Assembly: GCA_012026655.1 (NCBI GenBank)
Contig: JAAILG010001105.1
Coordinates: forward strand, 1-64,000
DNA length: 64,000 bases
Direction: 5' to 3'
DNA from: Hydrolagus affinis
Lineage: Eukaryota
Made by a program: the position numbers and the translations under genes. Under the pieces are notes generated by a model that searched no databases, was not told the origin of the DNA, and was given only the letters and a program-made list of their open reading frames with translations. Positions 24,807-38,600 of this stretch are shown here, in pieces (within the stretch, counting starts at the first letter, position 1; every line of letters begins with the position of its first letter).

Positions 24807-25344
24807 AGACAATATACAAAAGCTTACTGGTGCAAAACAGGAAAACATGCTGCAGCATACAACACATTGAAAGGTTTTAGAACAGATCCTTTATCAGAGA
24901 CTCCAGCTAGCACTGTAATTCTTGCCATTATTCAAACAGCGGGAAAGCTGCCAACGAAACAAATGATACACTTGACCAAGCAGTGCAGTGTTTATTGCCT
25001 TGTGCATAGTTCCATGATTTTAATGGTAGAGAATGTCAGAATGTGCTATAAATCCTTGAACTGATTGATTTAAAATTTCCTTATTGACCATTTTTGTGTT
25101 AATGATTCCTTTGATCTCATCATCACAAAACTGTCTGGCAGCCACATGTTTGGGTAACATTTTGTAAACTTGGAAAAGATCAAAAAAACTGTTGTTGCCC
25201 AGAGGATTAGAGCATTGATCTGACAGTCTGGAACCTTGGTCTGAATGTAGCATTAAAATCTCCGAGAGCTTACAAGTGTCCGTTTTGAAGACAGTTAAAC
25301 TAATTGGTGCCAAACATGTTGACACTGTAGGGCAAGATCCTCCT

Positions 25345-25490
25345 CTTTGACTGTGCCATTGGTCAGCCCCCTTCCCTCCACTCTCCCCAATTCCGATGCC
25401 AGCTAGGGTCTGAAACATTGAATGTCGAGTGCTTCAGAATGTCCTCCTGATGTGAAAGGCGCTATATAAATGTGATTTTGTTGTTGTTGC
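25345..25490 (+). mobile_element. L2 3' UTR and tail
   Basis: GTCCTCCTGATGTGAAAGGCGCTATATAAATGTGATTTTGTTGTTGTTG. Confidence 0.75.
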
Positions 25491-27299
25491 AAGTGCAACC
25501 TAACACTACTATCGACTACACAAAGGACAGATGTAAGTTACAGATGTACAGTGTTATTAAAATTGTAGGTGTTGAACTTTAGCCAAGTGGTCAGAAGATC
25601 TCTCGTCGTTCCTTGGTTCTCGAATACCAAAAATCCTAAATCACAATTTCCTGTACTTCACCACGGCAGCAAAATATTTCATAAATAATTCCCGTTGCTA
25701 ACAAAACATTTTCTTTGTCCACTTGTTCCTATTGAATGAACCCTGGAACGTGTGGGAGATGAACTTGTGCCAAAGCAGATTTTTTTTTCAAGAAAAGTTC
25801 CCATCAGTTTGATGTCTATTAACGGTTCAATATGTGGTTTTAAAATAACCGTAATCAAATCTGAAGGTAATACATTGAATAGGCTACAGCTGCAGAGATT
25901 AGTGATCAAAAAGAGATTTTGACAACAATGGTATATTTGATGTTGACAAATCAATCTACATACATTGCCAGCGAAGAGAAACCTAAAAATTCAAAAAGGC
26001 TTCATATAAGCTCCACACATCATTGTGGTAAATTATGAGTGGTTTATGCTGCTGAAAACTTCACATAGGTAATATGGTAATGCTTCTAGTCTTGCTAAAA
26101 TACCTGACGCACAATATATCGTGGCAGCCTGGTCAAGAGGGAACATTTATTTGCACAATATGGCAACATGGTTACATACTGAGTTGTTGGGAAGCTGTCT
26201 AAAACATTTTAGAAACTGGTGAAATTCAATTATTAACCAAGTTGATTTTAGTATTAAGAACACAATTCAGATTGAACAGGTTAATAGTCTGTGTCTATTG
26301 ATCGGCCCAATGGATGCGTTTTAGCATGAGACCTTAAGTAAATGCTGCAACAAAAAACAACCTGCACCTCCTCAGCAACAGATCACCTAAGGCTATTTTG
26401 CAAATTATTGCGAGTCGGTGCCTTTTAATCTTGATAGCTTTTTATATATCAAAGTTCTGAATAACAAAACATTTTCGTACACAAATTAGAGTGCTTTGTT
26501 ATTTTCGTTTGTTTAATATTCATGACATAGCACGAGAAGGATTAATAATGAAGATACACGATAGTATTATTGGAAGCGTGTTCTTTGATGTACCTGCTGC
26601 ACAATTTCCAATTGGAGAAAAGTAGATTGATTGTTGTAGATTACAGCCACACCATTATAGTGTAAATTGCAAAAGAATTGAATTTCACGTAGAATATATC
26701 ACAAAGTTTTAACAACTTTACTTTGGAGAAAGGCAAACAATTTAGCAAGGTTCAGAAATTGACTGTAGGATAAATGCTGCACATCATCCGTGTTGAGAAT
26801 CTGAGCAATTATACATTATACACAAGGTTTTCTCCAAGTGGAAAAACTCCACTGATAATCATGAAATGTTGTTCATTTTGTGAACAAAAATACCTCAAAC
26901 ATATAAATAGATATGCTAACTTCTTAGAGGGGTCATCTGATAATCTAAAACAATTTAAATCATGTCATACGTAAGGGAAATCTAATTTCCAGTTGCTATC
27001 AGATTGCAAATCATTTTCATTGTAAATGGCAAAAAAATATCCTGTTTTTGTGCAATATTGCAAGTCATAATGGCTCACACTAAAATGAGACATCACCAGT
27101 AACCATAGACACAGCAGAGCTACATCTAGAAAATCAAGACCCAAGGATATATTCAATATATGGTGGAGCTCTGATCAGCATTTTGGAACATCTGTGGATT
27201 CTGCTGTTGAGATTGACAAGTTCTGAAATAACTCACCTGTACAATCACTAAAAAATGATCATTAGGAAAATGTTTGTTTGGCTGAATGTGGTATGGCTA

Positions 27300-27370
27300 T
27301 AATAACAACACCAACAATAACTGGCATTTATATAGTGCCCTTCACACCGGACGGCATCTTAAGAGCATTT
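27300..27370 (-). mobile_element. L2-type tail
   Basis: CAACAATAACTGGCATTTATATAGTGCCCTTCACACCGGACGGCATCTTAAGAGC. Confidence 0.7.
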
Positions 27371-28891
27371 GTCTCAATGTTAGAAAAATGGTAAACGTAA
27401 AAACATGCACACATATAGAATGAACGACTCAAAATACTTAACAGACATGATAGCAAGCACCAATCAGGGGGGAAAGAGAGAATTAGGCTGTTGACTAAAG
27501 GCCTGGTAAAGGAATTTTGTTTCTTAAGAAAAGATTTTAAAGGCAGGGAGAGAGGAAGCAGAATGAAGAGATTCTGAAAGGGTTACAGAGGGCAAATAAC
27601 TTGTAATGAATCAGTGAGAACAGATGTATGAGTTATAAAGACTGAAAATAAACTACATGACTACTATTAAGGTATTTATTTTTAATATTTATTGGGCACA
27701 ATCAATATGAATGTTATAAAGATTCATGCCTATTATTGACTGCATTAAGATTGATGAAACACAGCAACTTCTTTGAGTATTTGCCAAGTATGTGTTTTGC
27801 AAGCATAATTTGGAAATGTTAAAAGAACATTAACGAGACATCCTGGCATCCCCACAAATCCTACGTACCAAACTTGTTGATGTTTGGCACCGGTGCTTAA
27901 TCCAGGAAATTATGTTACGTGGCTTTGGCAAAGAGAGAAACCTGTTGTGAGGCTGACCACACATCCACGTTTCAGAGGACACATCAGTATGAGGTTAAAA
28001 AAATGTCTTCCACAAACATATATGGGAAGAGATGGCAGGAATGTGTACAGAACTTCCTTAAGTCTTTAGAAATAGTTTTCTTTGTCATTTCTACAATTTA
28101 ACTAAAAACATTGAGGAAAAGGTTCTCCATCAGACACTTGGCAAGGAAATCAAAGCTTGAGAATTGCCATAATCTAAGGATTGAAACCCCTGCTTTTGAC
28201 AGGAAGAAAAAACATTTGTATATTTGCTTGTGCTGGTTATGGTGAAAAGAGTACTGTGCTTTTCTTAAACAAAAGTGAAGGCAAACCATTTTCTTTTCAT
28301 TGCAACATCCTGGCCATCCATATCAATTGAAGAATGTGTTTGAAGTTTCAGCCAGTTCTGATCCAAAGCGTCCAAGCCATGTGCTGATGGTTTTAAGTGC
28401 TATCTTTCCCTCCCTCCCTTCTTGTGGGGAACCTCTTGCCTTCAACTTACTGCAGTTGTCCATGAGAACTTCTTTTTACAGTGACTGCAGTCACTCGCTT
28501 TGAGACATATTCCTGGTGTGAATGGCACTGTATTAAAAGTCAAGGACTGTCCCAAAAATATTTCGGTCAGCTGGGTGTCTGACACATGCGGAAACTCATC
28601 AACATGCTTAAAAGTCTCCAAACCAAACTGGGAATTCCACTCACCCCAACTACATTTGGAAATATCATCTACCTTCTTCTAGCAATGCAGCTAGGATTGA
28701 CAGTGGTAAGAGAGCTGTGATGAGCTGTAGTTTTATCATCAAATGTTGCAATTGTATTCGTATAAGTGTCACCTAAGGAGCGTGTAAACGGAATTCAAAT
28801 TTTTATTTTGAGCAATTAATAAACCCCTACTTACCTTAAAATAATCCTTGCACCCCTGCAGTGAGGTGGCTGCCTCTCTGAGTATTAGTAG

Positions 28892-28940
28892 TCTACCAGT
28901 GTTATGCTGTATTTTTTTCTACCAGTGTTATGCTGTATTT
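28892..28940. repeat. Perfect 23-bp direct duplication (period 26)
   Basis: TCTACCAGTGTTATGCTGTATTT at 28892-28914 and 28918-28940. Confidence 0.9.
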
Positions 28941-29654
28941 ATCCTCCTTGGCTGGGCTGATGGCATCGACTCATCAGCAGGATCTGGAAGGGTAGATCAC
29001 TCAATTGGGGTAGGGAGTCACACCATTTAGATCTTGTTAACCCCGCAAGCCAAAGCTCTAATGAATAAGGTGATCCCAGCTGTATAAGCAGTGGAAAAGC
29101 TTGTCAGACATCAATATCAATGGCAAGCAATGCAGTTCTAGCTGGTTAGACTCCAGCAATACATGGGACACCCAAGTTTTGGCTCTTGCCAACCTCTGCC
29201 TAATGTTTGACTATCATTTCCTAATTGCTTCAGGGAGTCCTAGCGCAAAAACAGACAGATGACGAGGGAACAAAACAAGAATTGAAGAATTGAAGAAGAT
29301 CAGAAAGAGAAGCAGTTTTTAATATATATAATATATAATATATAATTTTGTAACATTCACAATAAATGCTTTGGGTTTGAAAATGGATTGGTACAAATGT
29401 TATCGGCCAGTCTTTCTTCAGTGCATACTGAGATCTACTAATGGTTCTTTCAAATGACATTACTGAATAGGTTATTCCTGATCTTCCAAAGTGCAGTTGA
29501 TCAACATTTTATGACGTGCACATACATGTATGCTAAGCAGTTTTTGCCACGACTGCACTGTAACCCAAACCCGCAAATGTTAATCATTTCACATTTTCCA
29601 ATTCATTGCATACAATACCAATCTACATGAATTCACACCAGTTTGCTCTATAAT

Positions 29655-32615
29655 TAAACATGCTTGAAAATATTTATTTAAGTGCACGTGCAAATATCAT
29701 CTGCGGATTTACACAAAGCTGCAATAGGCAAATTGGTCAAAAAGTCCAATATATAAGTTGTTTTTAAGCATTTCTGCTTCCTGTTAATTGCAAAGTCAGC
29801 AAACTACTATTGCAATATATACACAGTGAATTACTTTAAGGGTAATGTGAACGGCTTAAAATTTCATATAAAGTTTGTAAAAACTCAGTCAATACATGTA
29901 TACAATATTGTAAAACAGATGCGTCTTTGGGTTGAAATAACCAACATTTATAATAGGTCTAAAAGGCACTTTTGTAACATACTTACAATTTAAGACTGCA
30001 AATATGCTCTTTTAAAAAAATACTAAAATAAATTTCTGAAATATGCATTGCACCCAAAAGTAAATTACCTAAATACTTTACAATATGATAAAAAGATACA
30101 CATCAAACAGAATAAAGCACCTTTGATCTAAAATTTGCAGGACAGACAGCCATAACACACTCCAATTGTCTGCATCATAACTTCAGTGCATAAATGATAT
30201 CTCCTCAACTAGGGAATTCATCAATAACATCAAATGTCTTTTCTTGCACCTGAGTTTGTATTCCAAATGAAATAAGCACACATTTAAAAAACATTATACA
30301 CAAAAGAAAATCAATCTACAGGATTTCAATTCAACATAACAGCTTATTGTGTTTTCAACAGGTAAAGATACTTTCTGGTTGTTCCTTTGCTCTAAGGAAG
30401 ACAACATTCACATTAGAAAAATAGCACCAGTTATTGTTCTGTTCAGAGTTGACGTAAAATGTACCGTTATTAAGGAGAAACAAAGGCAGTTTTGGGGGCA
30501 TATTCACCAGAGCAGTATCTGTGGGTGTGGTTGTTTGGTGTAGTTCTATATAATTTGGAAATCAGGAAGATAGTGAACTGAACTACAATAACTTCATTCA
30601 TTTGTATCTAAGACAATTGTAAATATTTAATGCACCCCAGTAGTTTTGTAAGCAATTGTAACAAGCTTATCAACTTGTTTTCACATGTACATACTATAAT
30701 CTGGGCAGGAAGTTTACATTTCTATATGTGCAACAAATCGAGCAGTTACCTATTTAAGTTTTCGTTCATCGATGCAGTGTATTGTATCTGCAGCTACAAC
30801 AAGCTCATTCACACTGAATATCAAAGTTTCTACATTTTGCTCATTTGCACAATGAAAATTGTGGATTGAAGCAAGTTTATGAAGATTTTCGGAGTGGGCA
30901 GATTTACAAATGCGCCGTGTGGGAAAACGGTTTCTAAAGTAATTGAAAAATTATTCAAAGGAGATGTATGGGGTTACAAAGGCTTATTTTACTGAAACTA
31001 TCATGTCAGAATTCTTCCACGTGAAGGCCTTAACACCTAGTTCAATCAGGTCATGATTTATGCCGTGTGCGATGCAATTTGAAGTGGAAACACTAGAATT
31101 TCCCAGCCATGGGAATAAATTAGGATGCACTGTCAATAATGCTGCTTTCTCAATGGATCTTTGCTTCCTGGTGAGTTCGAACCTGTTTGATAATGGAAAA
31201 GAATGGAACAATCAGCATCAGCTTCCTGAAGACCAAGAATATTGTCCTGGAATCAGGGTACCCAAAGAGGGTTGAGTGCAGAGTGAATAAAGTAGACATC
31301 GTTAATGGACGTAACATTGGTAACTTTTACAATACTGACTTTTGTAATCCTGACAAAGAAGGCAAGAAGAGATGCACAGTACACTAAGTTTTAATGGATT
31401 ATGGAAACTACAAAAGTGGTGGAGAGACATATAGCATTGTGGCAAAGAGTGCAAAGGATTTTATCCAGTTAACTCAACTGAAAGCTAGACAGATCCTGAG
31501 AAAGACTCGAGTGCAGAGGCTGGGTGCTTTTGTGACATGTTTTGCCAAGGACGATATTGGATATAAGTTGACAAGATAGACAAACCAATATCAAAGTGGT
31601 ACGGAGTGACCTATTTGCACGTAAAGAAAATGATACGTCAGAAAGATTGTGATTGTCGGAACGATACATATCTTCGGAATTTGATGATATTTTTGCCAGC
31701 TGAGAGAGTACTGTGTGGAAGATCAAAGCTGAACACAGTGAGGCTGTATCTGGCAAGAGTTGAATGGGCAAAGAATGAATGGGCAGACAGCTGTAGGAGT
31801 CAGTAAATGGAAGAGTGCAAATGAGAGATCTGTGACTAGTCTGATTATGATCTGTGCATGAAAGAGATTGCCAGCAATGGCGCTTGTCAATTTTATTTTA
31901 CAAACAGTTTCTTCTACGTCTTACTTTAGCTTCAAGAAAGTCGTGCTTTTAAAAGAACATGTCTACTGAAGGGGATTAAAAATGTTCCAATGCTGTGAAA
32001 TTTGCCTGACATCTTTTCTGGCCTGGGAAATGACATAAGGATTTGAGAAATATACACACCCACACAATTATTTTAACAGGTGGAAATATGCCCCAGTATA
32101 TATATTTTTTAAATGTAACTGGGCTTGAATTGAGTGTCAAAGTCTATACGGAATAGCAAAAAAAAAGACACTGTTGCTTTAATGACGGCCACACAATGAA
32201 GTCCACAGAAACAAAGAAATGCAAATGGAATGTTACTCATCTCTGTATATTTCGGCAGATAAAATAGCACAGTCTGAATGACTGCTGTTTTGATGCAGCA
32301 CATTATATCAGTATTTCTATGTTACTCTGGAGTTTAAGGCAATTACCCATCATAACTTGGTCTGCCCAAAGCGAATACAATTTTCTCATCAGCAACATCA
32401 AAGTCATAATATTTGCATGATAAAACAGGTGAATTATAGCACGAGATTACAAGACATTAAAAAAAAGTTAAGTATTTCACAGAGGCAGCTGTGCAAGACC
32501 ATTTCAGCTATATGCAGAAATAATCCTGCAGAAATCTAATGCTTTGATGATTTTCCATAATTCTACTAGAAGCAGATTCAATTTTGAATATCCATATACG
32601 TTATGATGCATGAAT
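29655..32615 (-). other. ZNF469: Putative ~3-kb 3' UTR of ZNF469
   Basis: Follows the TGA stop and lacks the SINE/LINE tails that are frequent elsewhere. AU-rich distal end with miRNA seed matches and a Pumilio motif. Confidence 0.55.
29673..29678 (-). terminator. Candidate distal polyadenylation signal (AATAAA) of ZNF469
   Basis: TTTATT on the plus strand at the end of an AU-rich, repeat-free tract downstream of the stop codon. A more proximal AATAAA lies at 31892-31897. Confidence 0.5.
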
Positions 32616-35600
32616 TCACTCCGAGATATCTTTTCTTAAAGGAATCTTGAAGCTGGTTATTTTTTGTCCGAATAGTTGACTGAGAAGATTACTCTGTGAT
32701 TCTGCTGTCCGGTAATTACGTGATTCAACAAGTTTTACACCTTGTATCAATCTATGTTTTTTAATTGAACTGTTCACAGACTGAGATCCTCCCTTAGAAT
32801 GAAGTAACGGTTTTGAGATCAACTCTTTCTTACGCCTATGTTCTCCATTGGAAGACCTCATTTCCGGTCGCTTGGGCGGACAGAAATCAATTCCATTTTT
32901 TTTAGGTTGAGGATTGTTTGTCCAAGGTTTTGATCTGGAGATCAAATGGCCTCCTGCTGGCTCATCTCTGGCAGTAGAAATACTCTGAATACTGAGGGGA
33001 ATGTCAACTTTCCTCATGGCTCCAATGCAGTCATTCCTGACTGGCTTTCTCTTTTTGTTCCCCTCACTTATGCTGATTCTGTAGTTGCCATTGGGTTTGA
33101 CACTGGATGACCAGGTTTTGTACTCCTTTCGCTTTTTGTGATTGATTTTTGTGTCTGAATCTATGCCGTGTTTGTCTGTCAGCTTACATTCATGGGCATT
33201 TGGTTTTGAACTGGTATTCTCAATGGCTGCTATTTCAATTTTGACCTGGCTGCTGGAAGATGTTTTCTGGAGATCATTTGTTTGTTTAACGCTTTTACTG
33301 GATTCTGTTTGTAACAGCTTGTCCTTTGCCAGATGCTGACCCTGAGCTACGCTGCCATTCGGTTTCATTGCACACGTGTGAACTGAACTTCCTGACGACG
33401 CCATATTATACAATTGGCTATCCATGTTTGCCATAGGTAGACCATCTAAATTAACCAAATGCAGGTCACTAGATAATGAATGGCAGACAGCTGGGGAGAC
33501 ACAAGGATGGGGAGGGACAATGTTTAATTGGGATTGTTCCATTTCTGCTAGGAGCTCTGAAAAATCACCCACTATATCTGTACGTTTGGCTGCCAAATCA
33601 TGGAGCTTTACTGTTGTGGTATTCACTACCTCTGGTAAGAAGTCTGAGGGTCCAGGTAAGGAATTGTCATAAAGATGCGTCTGTGCAAAATCAACGGAAG
33701 AAACAGTTGGAATATTGTTCTCTGAATTCGTTTCAATCATACGATTGTGACTGACCTTTTGCTTTTTAATAGGTGGCAACGAAATACTTGAGCAACTGTG
33801 AGCCAAACTTGATTGTGGATCAAACTTTCCATCCTGCAAAGGCACATGCGGTCTCATCACTCCTCTGAATTTCTGTGCCTTACTTCCACCTGCCAGGTGC
33901 TTTTCCATGTGCCTATCGTACTGTTCCTTCTTAGAAAATGTATAATTACAAGTGCTACAGATGAAAGACTTTTTTATAACATGCATAACGTCAGCACAGA
34001 GTTCACAGGTGTACAGTGTTGTGTGTTTGATTTCAGGTTCTTCCAACACCCTGTGCTCTGCTTTAAGGTGGGCTCTCAGTTCCTGCATTTCCAAATAGAA
34101 AATAGGACATTTATAGCAGAGATAAATCTTATGCAAACTGTGAACGACCAAGTGACGTTGAAGTTTAAATGGTTTGGGAAATTGCTTCCCACAATGGTGG
34201 CAATCTCTGGACGGGTCCTTGCAGTCAGGATGGATGGAGAAATTCTTCTGTATTGGTTCAGCCTTCTTCATAGGCTCCGGATTCCAGGAAGTAGAAAGTT
34301 TAAGAGCACTTGTAAAAGTCACTTTATTTTTAACGCTGGCTTCACTTTGCTCTTTAATTTTCGAAGTTGGCTCTTGATGTTCTTTTAGCACCTTGTTTTC
34401 TTTAATCATAGACTTTGTTCCCGATTCTGTAGCTTTTGTGGACTTTGCTGGATTTTTATTCAGGATTGTGTTGAAGAAGGTCTTCATAGCACTGTCTTCA
34501 CTAAAGCAGCCAGGCAGTCCGATCACTGATTTCTGAGCTTGTCCTTTTCGAGCAAACTGGGTGGCGTGTTCCCGCAAATGCTCATTGTACATCCATACTT
34601 CTGAGATTTCTTTCAGGCACATGCCACAAGTCCAGATGCCCGCCTTGTTTTTCGCATGCTTCTCTTTCAAGTGATCCCTCAGCTGCTCTCTGGAGCTAAA
34701 TTTCCTCTGAACACACATGTAGCAAGTAGGTGGAGGGGAAGGATTGTGCGAGAGCTTGTGAAAGTCGAGTTCTCCAATAGTAAGAAACCACTGAAAGCAA
34801 ACCTTGCATTTGTACTGCTTATCTTTGGATTTGATGCTCATCTCTGTACGACTCTTTACCATTTTTCCATCCTCCGACCGAACTTTTGAAACTTTGATAC
34901 TATTGTTGGCCTCCTCGTTGGTAGTGGTTGATACGCTGAAGCCAGAAGATTTATTCACAGAGGAACTTTGAATTAGATGTCTATCTGAAAGTTCATAGTC
35001 ATGGTTTAATACTTGGATCCCGCTTATCCCCAAACCTGCAGGATTGCCTTGATCGGAGGCTAGACTATCATAAGGCTCTAACAATTGGGCAGCTAATGTT
35101 TTTGGTAGCTCCAATTCATTCTGAATTATTGGTATGCTTTTTTCTACATTGGTTACTTTGTCTGAAGATGCCTCAAACGAGATTATGCTACCATGAGTTG
35201 AGGTACTTGATAGTGCTTCTTGAGGACTGTTCCACACTATAGAGTTTACAGCTTCTTTAGATATGGTTTCCATTTTGCAGTTTTGATGATACAACAGCCC
35301 CATAACATTTACATTGTCTTTTTCAGATAGTTCAGTGCCTTCAAAAGCATCTTCGCTTCTACGTTCATGTGCACTTTCTTCAAATACTTTAGGTTCATCA
35401 TGGGCAGAACTCTTTTTACTGGCTATCGTTTTGCTGTTGTGACTTATATGCAGCATGATGGTATCATCTATTGAAATGGTTTCATATTCACATTGCTCTG
35501 GTCTTTTGGTGAAGGAGGTGGCAACTTGCTCATTGTCATTGTCTGACGTCACTCTGTCTGCACAAAGGCTTCCCGTTGTATTCAGCTCTGTATCCACCTT

Positions 35601-38600
35601 AGGCTTTTTGCTTCTTTTTCCATAGACTCTTGGACATTTTTTCCTGACGATTGCATTTTCTTCAGGAAATATTTGCGACATTGCACTTTCCAGATTTGAA
35701 CGATCTCGGGATTCAGAATTGGAATGCATGGCTTCTAAAATGGGGAGCTCACGATCAATAGAATAACATTCCCTCCAGTGTTTCGATGCTGTCATACCCT
35801 GAGTGTTATCAAAGGATGTTTCATCATTACTGTGAGTTGTTAAAGCTGGAGGGTCTGCATCTATGGATTTCAATGGAGATCCATTAACCTGGCTGGACAC
35901 TGAACTGTTAAAGACCGAAGAGCTTGTATCATCTGAATGTTGGCAATCGATATCCTTTTGCAATAAATTAACTTCTTTTTCACTAGTTTCTTCTTCTATC
36001 TTTATATGATTTTCATCCTGAATGTTTGCACTGAAGGAACACCCGTCTCTGACATCCATCTGGGTTGTAGAACCATTATACCTTTCTTTCTCACATTGGT
36101 TGTCATCCAGTAAAGCACCAATTAGACTGCCATTTTTTCCCTGCATAGAAAATGTTCCATTGTTTAAAATCCCATCCTGCGAGACCCATTCGTCTGGTGC
36201 AGCATGTGCTTTGACTGTTGTATTTGTTGCTGTTATTGTATTTTCTCTCTGCTGTTCGCCTGGAGTGCTGCTATATGATTCTGTCATTACCTGAAGCTGT
36301 AACAGTGGACACGCCTCACTTTCCTTTGGTGCACAATTAACATCCACCTGTTGCTCTGACTGTGAAGATAATTTCACAAGATCATCAGGTCCGCCAATTG
36401 CATTCAAACTTGGTGCAAGTTCAATTTTTTCAACCTTCTGGTTTGCTTCGATGCCGTTAGTGGTGTCTCTCATTTGCCTTTTCCTTTGCCTCTCGTTGTT
36501 TGTATTCACAGAATTAGAATTCTGCTTTGGATTCTCGTGTTTAGACTGTCTGTGTTTTTTAGACTTTGCAGCCTTACCCTCATTAGATTTTTTTGCATCC
36601 AAAGTTTGATTGTAAATCATTGCAGTAGAATCCAGGCCAGATTGTACTACACAAGGTTCAGCTAAATCTGCCCTGCTAGTATAGTTTGTTTCCTCTGTGT
36701 TGGCTTCAGTGTTGTTAAGATGTTGCTCATTTGGTTCACAGTATACAACTGCTTTGTTTGAAGTGAACACAGAATTATTTTCGTTGACGTGTTTATCTCC
36801 TTTTAAGAGAGTCTGCTGATCAAAATCATTATTTTCTTCTCGTACTGAATTAACCAAAGAACTTAATGTCTCTTGGTCAATTGTGCAGGTATTTTCTGAT
36901 ATGCTGCTTTCAAATGTTTTTAATTCCTCATTCCAAATTACATTTGCTTTCTTAGTTTGTGTAGAAGTTGCTTTAATTCTGGTTAGTTTACTTTGATTAG
37001 CATTTTTCAGACGATGCTTGATGGCTTTGTGTCTCATTAAACCTTGTTTGGATCTGAATGATGCTGAGCATACATCGCACATTATGACTGACTGTGGATT
37101 ATGCTGTGTTGAAGAAGCAGAGAATTCAACTAATTTCTGTGCATTGGTCTTTGAAATGTTTTCTGTAAATGAATTATTTGCCACATTATCTACTGCCATG
37201 CTGGAACTTAAAGTATTCAGTGTTCTAGAGAACTCCAAACTATTCAATACATCTCCTCTGCTTACACCATCACAATCATCCTCAACCTTTCCCGGTACAT
37301 TCACTACTGTCTGTGTTCTTTTGTCGCTAAGAAATAAGCCTGAATCTTCACAGACGCCACTTTCTTTAACAGTTTCATCTCTAAACGTTTCTGAAATCTC
37401 CATAAATTGTTTCTCGCTGAAGCCATCTGGACATAGTTTTAATTGTTTAGCATTATCTGTGATGCCAAAAGCTGCTTCGCTCTTCTGTTGGTCCACACGT
37501 CCACCACAAAGTTTATCGTCTTCAGTTAAAGACTTTGAATTGATGAACAAGTTATCTTTATCAGTGAATAAATTACCTTCCATCTCCTTAATTCCACTGG
37601 GAAATGTTTCACCTTGTAAATGGCAATGTAAGGTTTCCTCAGGTTTACAGGATTTTCCCTCCTCATTGCTGACTATTGGTGGCATTGAATCAGCAACTGA
37701 TCTACCTCTTCCGACGGATGATTCTTTACCAGGCAGGCAATCTGAATATTGATCTATCAAAGCTTCCATTGAGTTGGAAGTAGCAGAGCCTGCATGCTGT
37801 ATGTTTAAGTCAGAATCATTTTGGCAAGGTGAAGGCATTTTGTCCAATTTGTCAGACAGTGAAGGGAGAATAGTTTTTTTGTCATGTGGACATAAAATCT
37901 CAATGCAGGCACAATTGCACTGCTCTTCATGTTCTACCAAAACACTTGAATCTTTTGGTAATGTGCAAAGATCATTGATTTCCAAAGGTACATCGCAGAA
38001 TAGATGTGATGTTGTAGCTAAGCCTTCAGGCAAATTATGGTCAACAGAATCTGTTTGCTTGCAAACAGGTGGACTGATAGGGACTGATGTAATCGGGTCA
38101 CATATTTTTTTGTCATCCATACTATCTTTGCTAAGATATGAACCATTGCTTGTGGTAGAATTTTTAGCATCGGTTGGCATATTGGTAGTTGATTCTATAT
38201 CTTTTTTAGATAAATCTGAATCCAAAGAAATACTTTCTCCAATTGGTACCAGAACTAAATCACAATCACAATTTGCAGCTTGCTTTGTTGGCAGTTCACT
38301 TTCAATGTCACCTTCCATTACTTTATCCTGAGGTTCAGTTATACAGAGAAGAGATGTTTTCTTCACGTTTGGAGAATTGTATTGCAAGTGTATGAAAGAC
38401 AATTCTTCACATCCCTGAATGTGCAGCACATTTGCATTGGAATTTTTTGAGCACTTTTGCTCATCATCAGCATCATTCTCTACAGGTGAAATTTCAGCAA
38501 ATGCCTCTGGCAATTTGCGGGGCGGTTGTTCTGATTTGCTATTCGCCTCAGAACAAACTGTATTTTTTTCAGAAGGTTCTGTCAACTTGTGCATTACAGG

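Noticed and set aside
1408-32539. Numerous 60-150 aa ORFs in the intergenic and UTR region (likewise 46657-63281)
   Set aside because: Lengths are as expected by chance, many use non-ATG starts or overlap SINEs, and I recognised no protein similarity, including to BANP or ZFPM1 exons.
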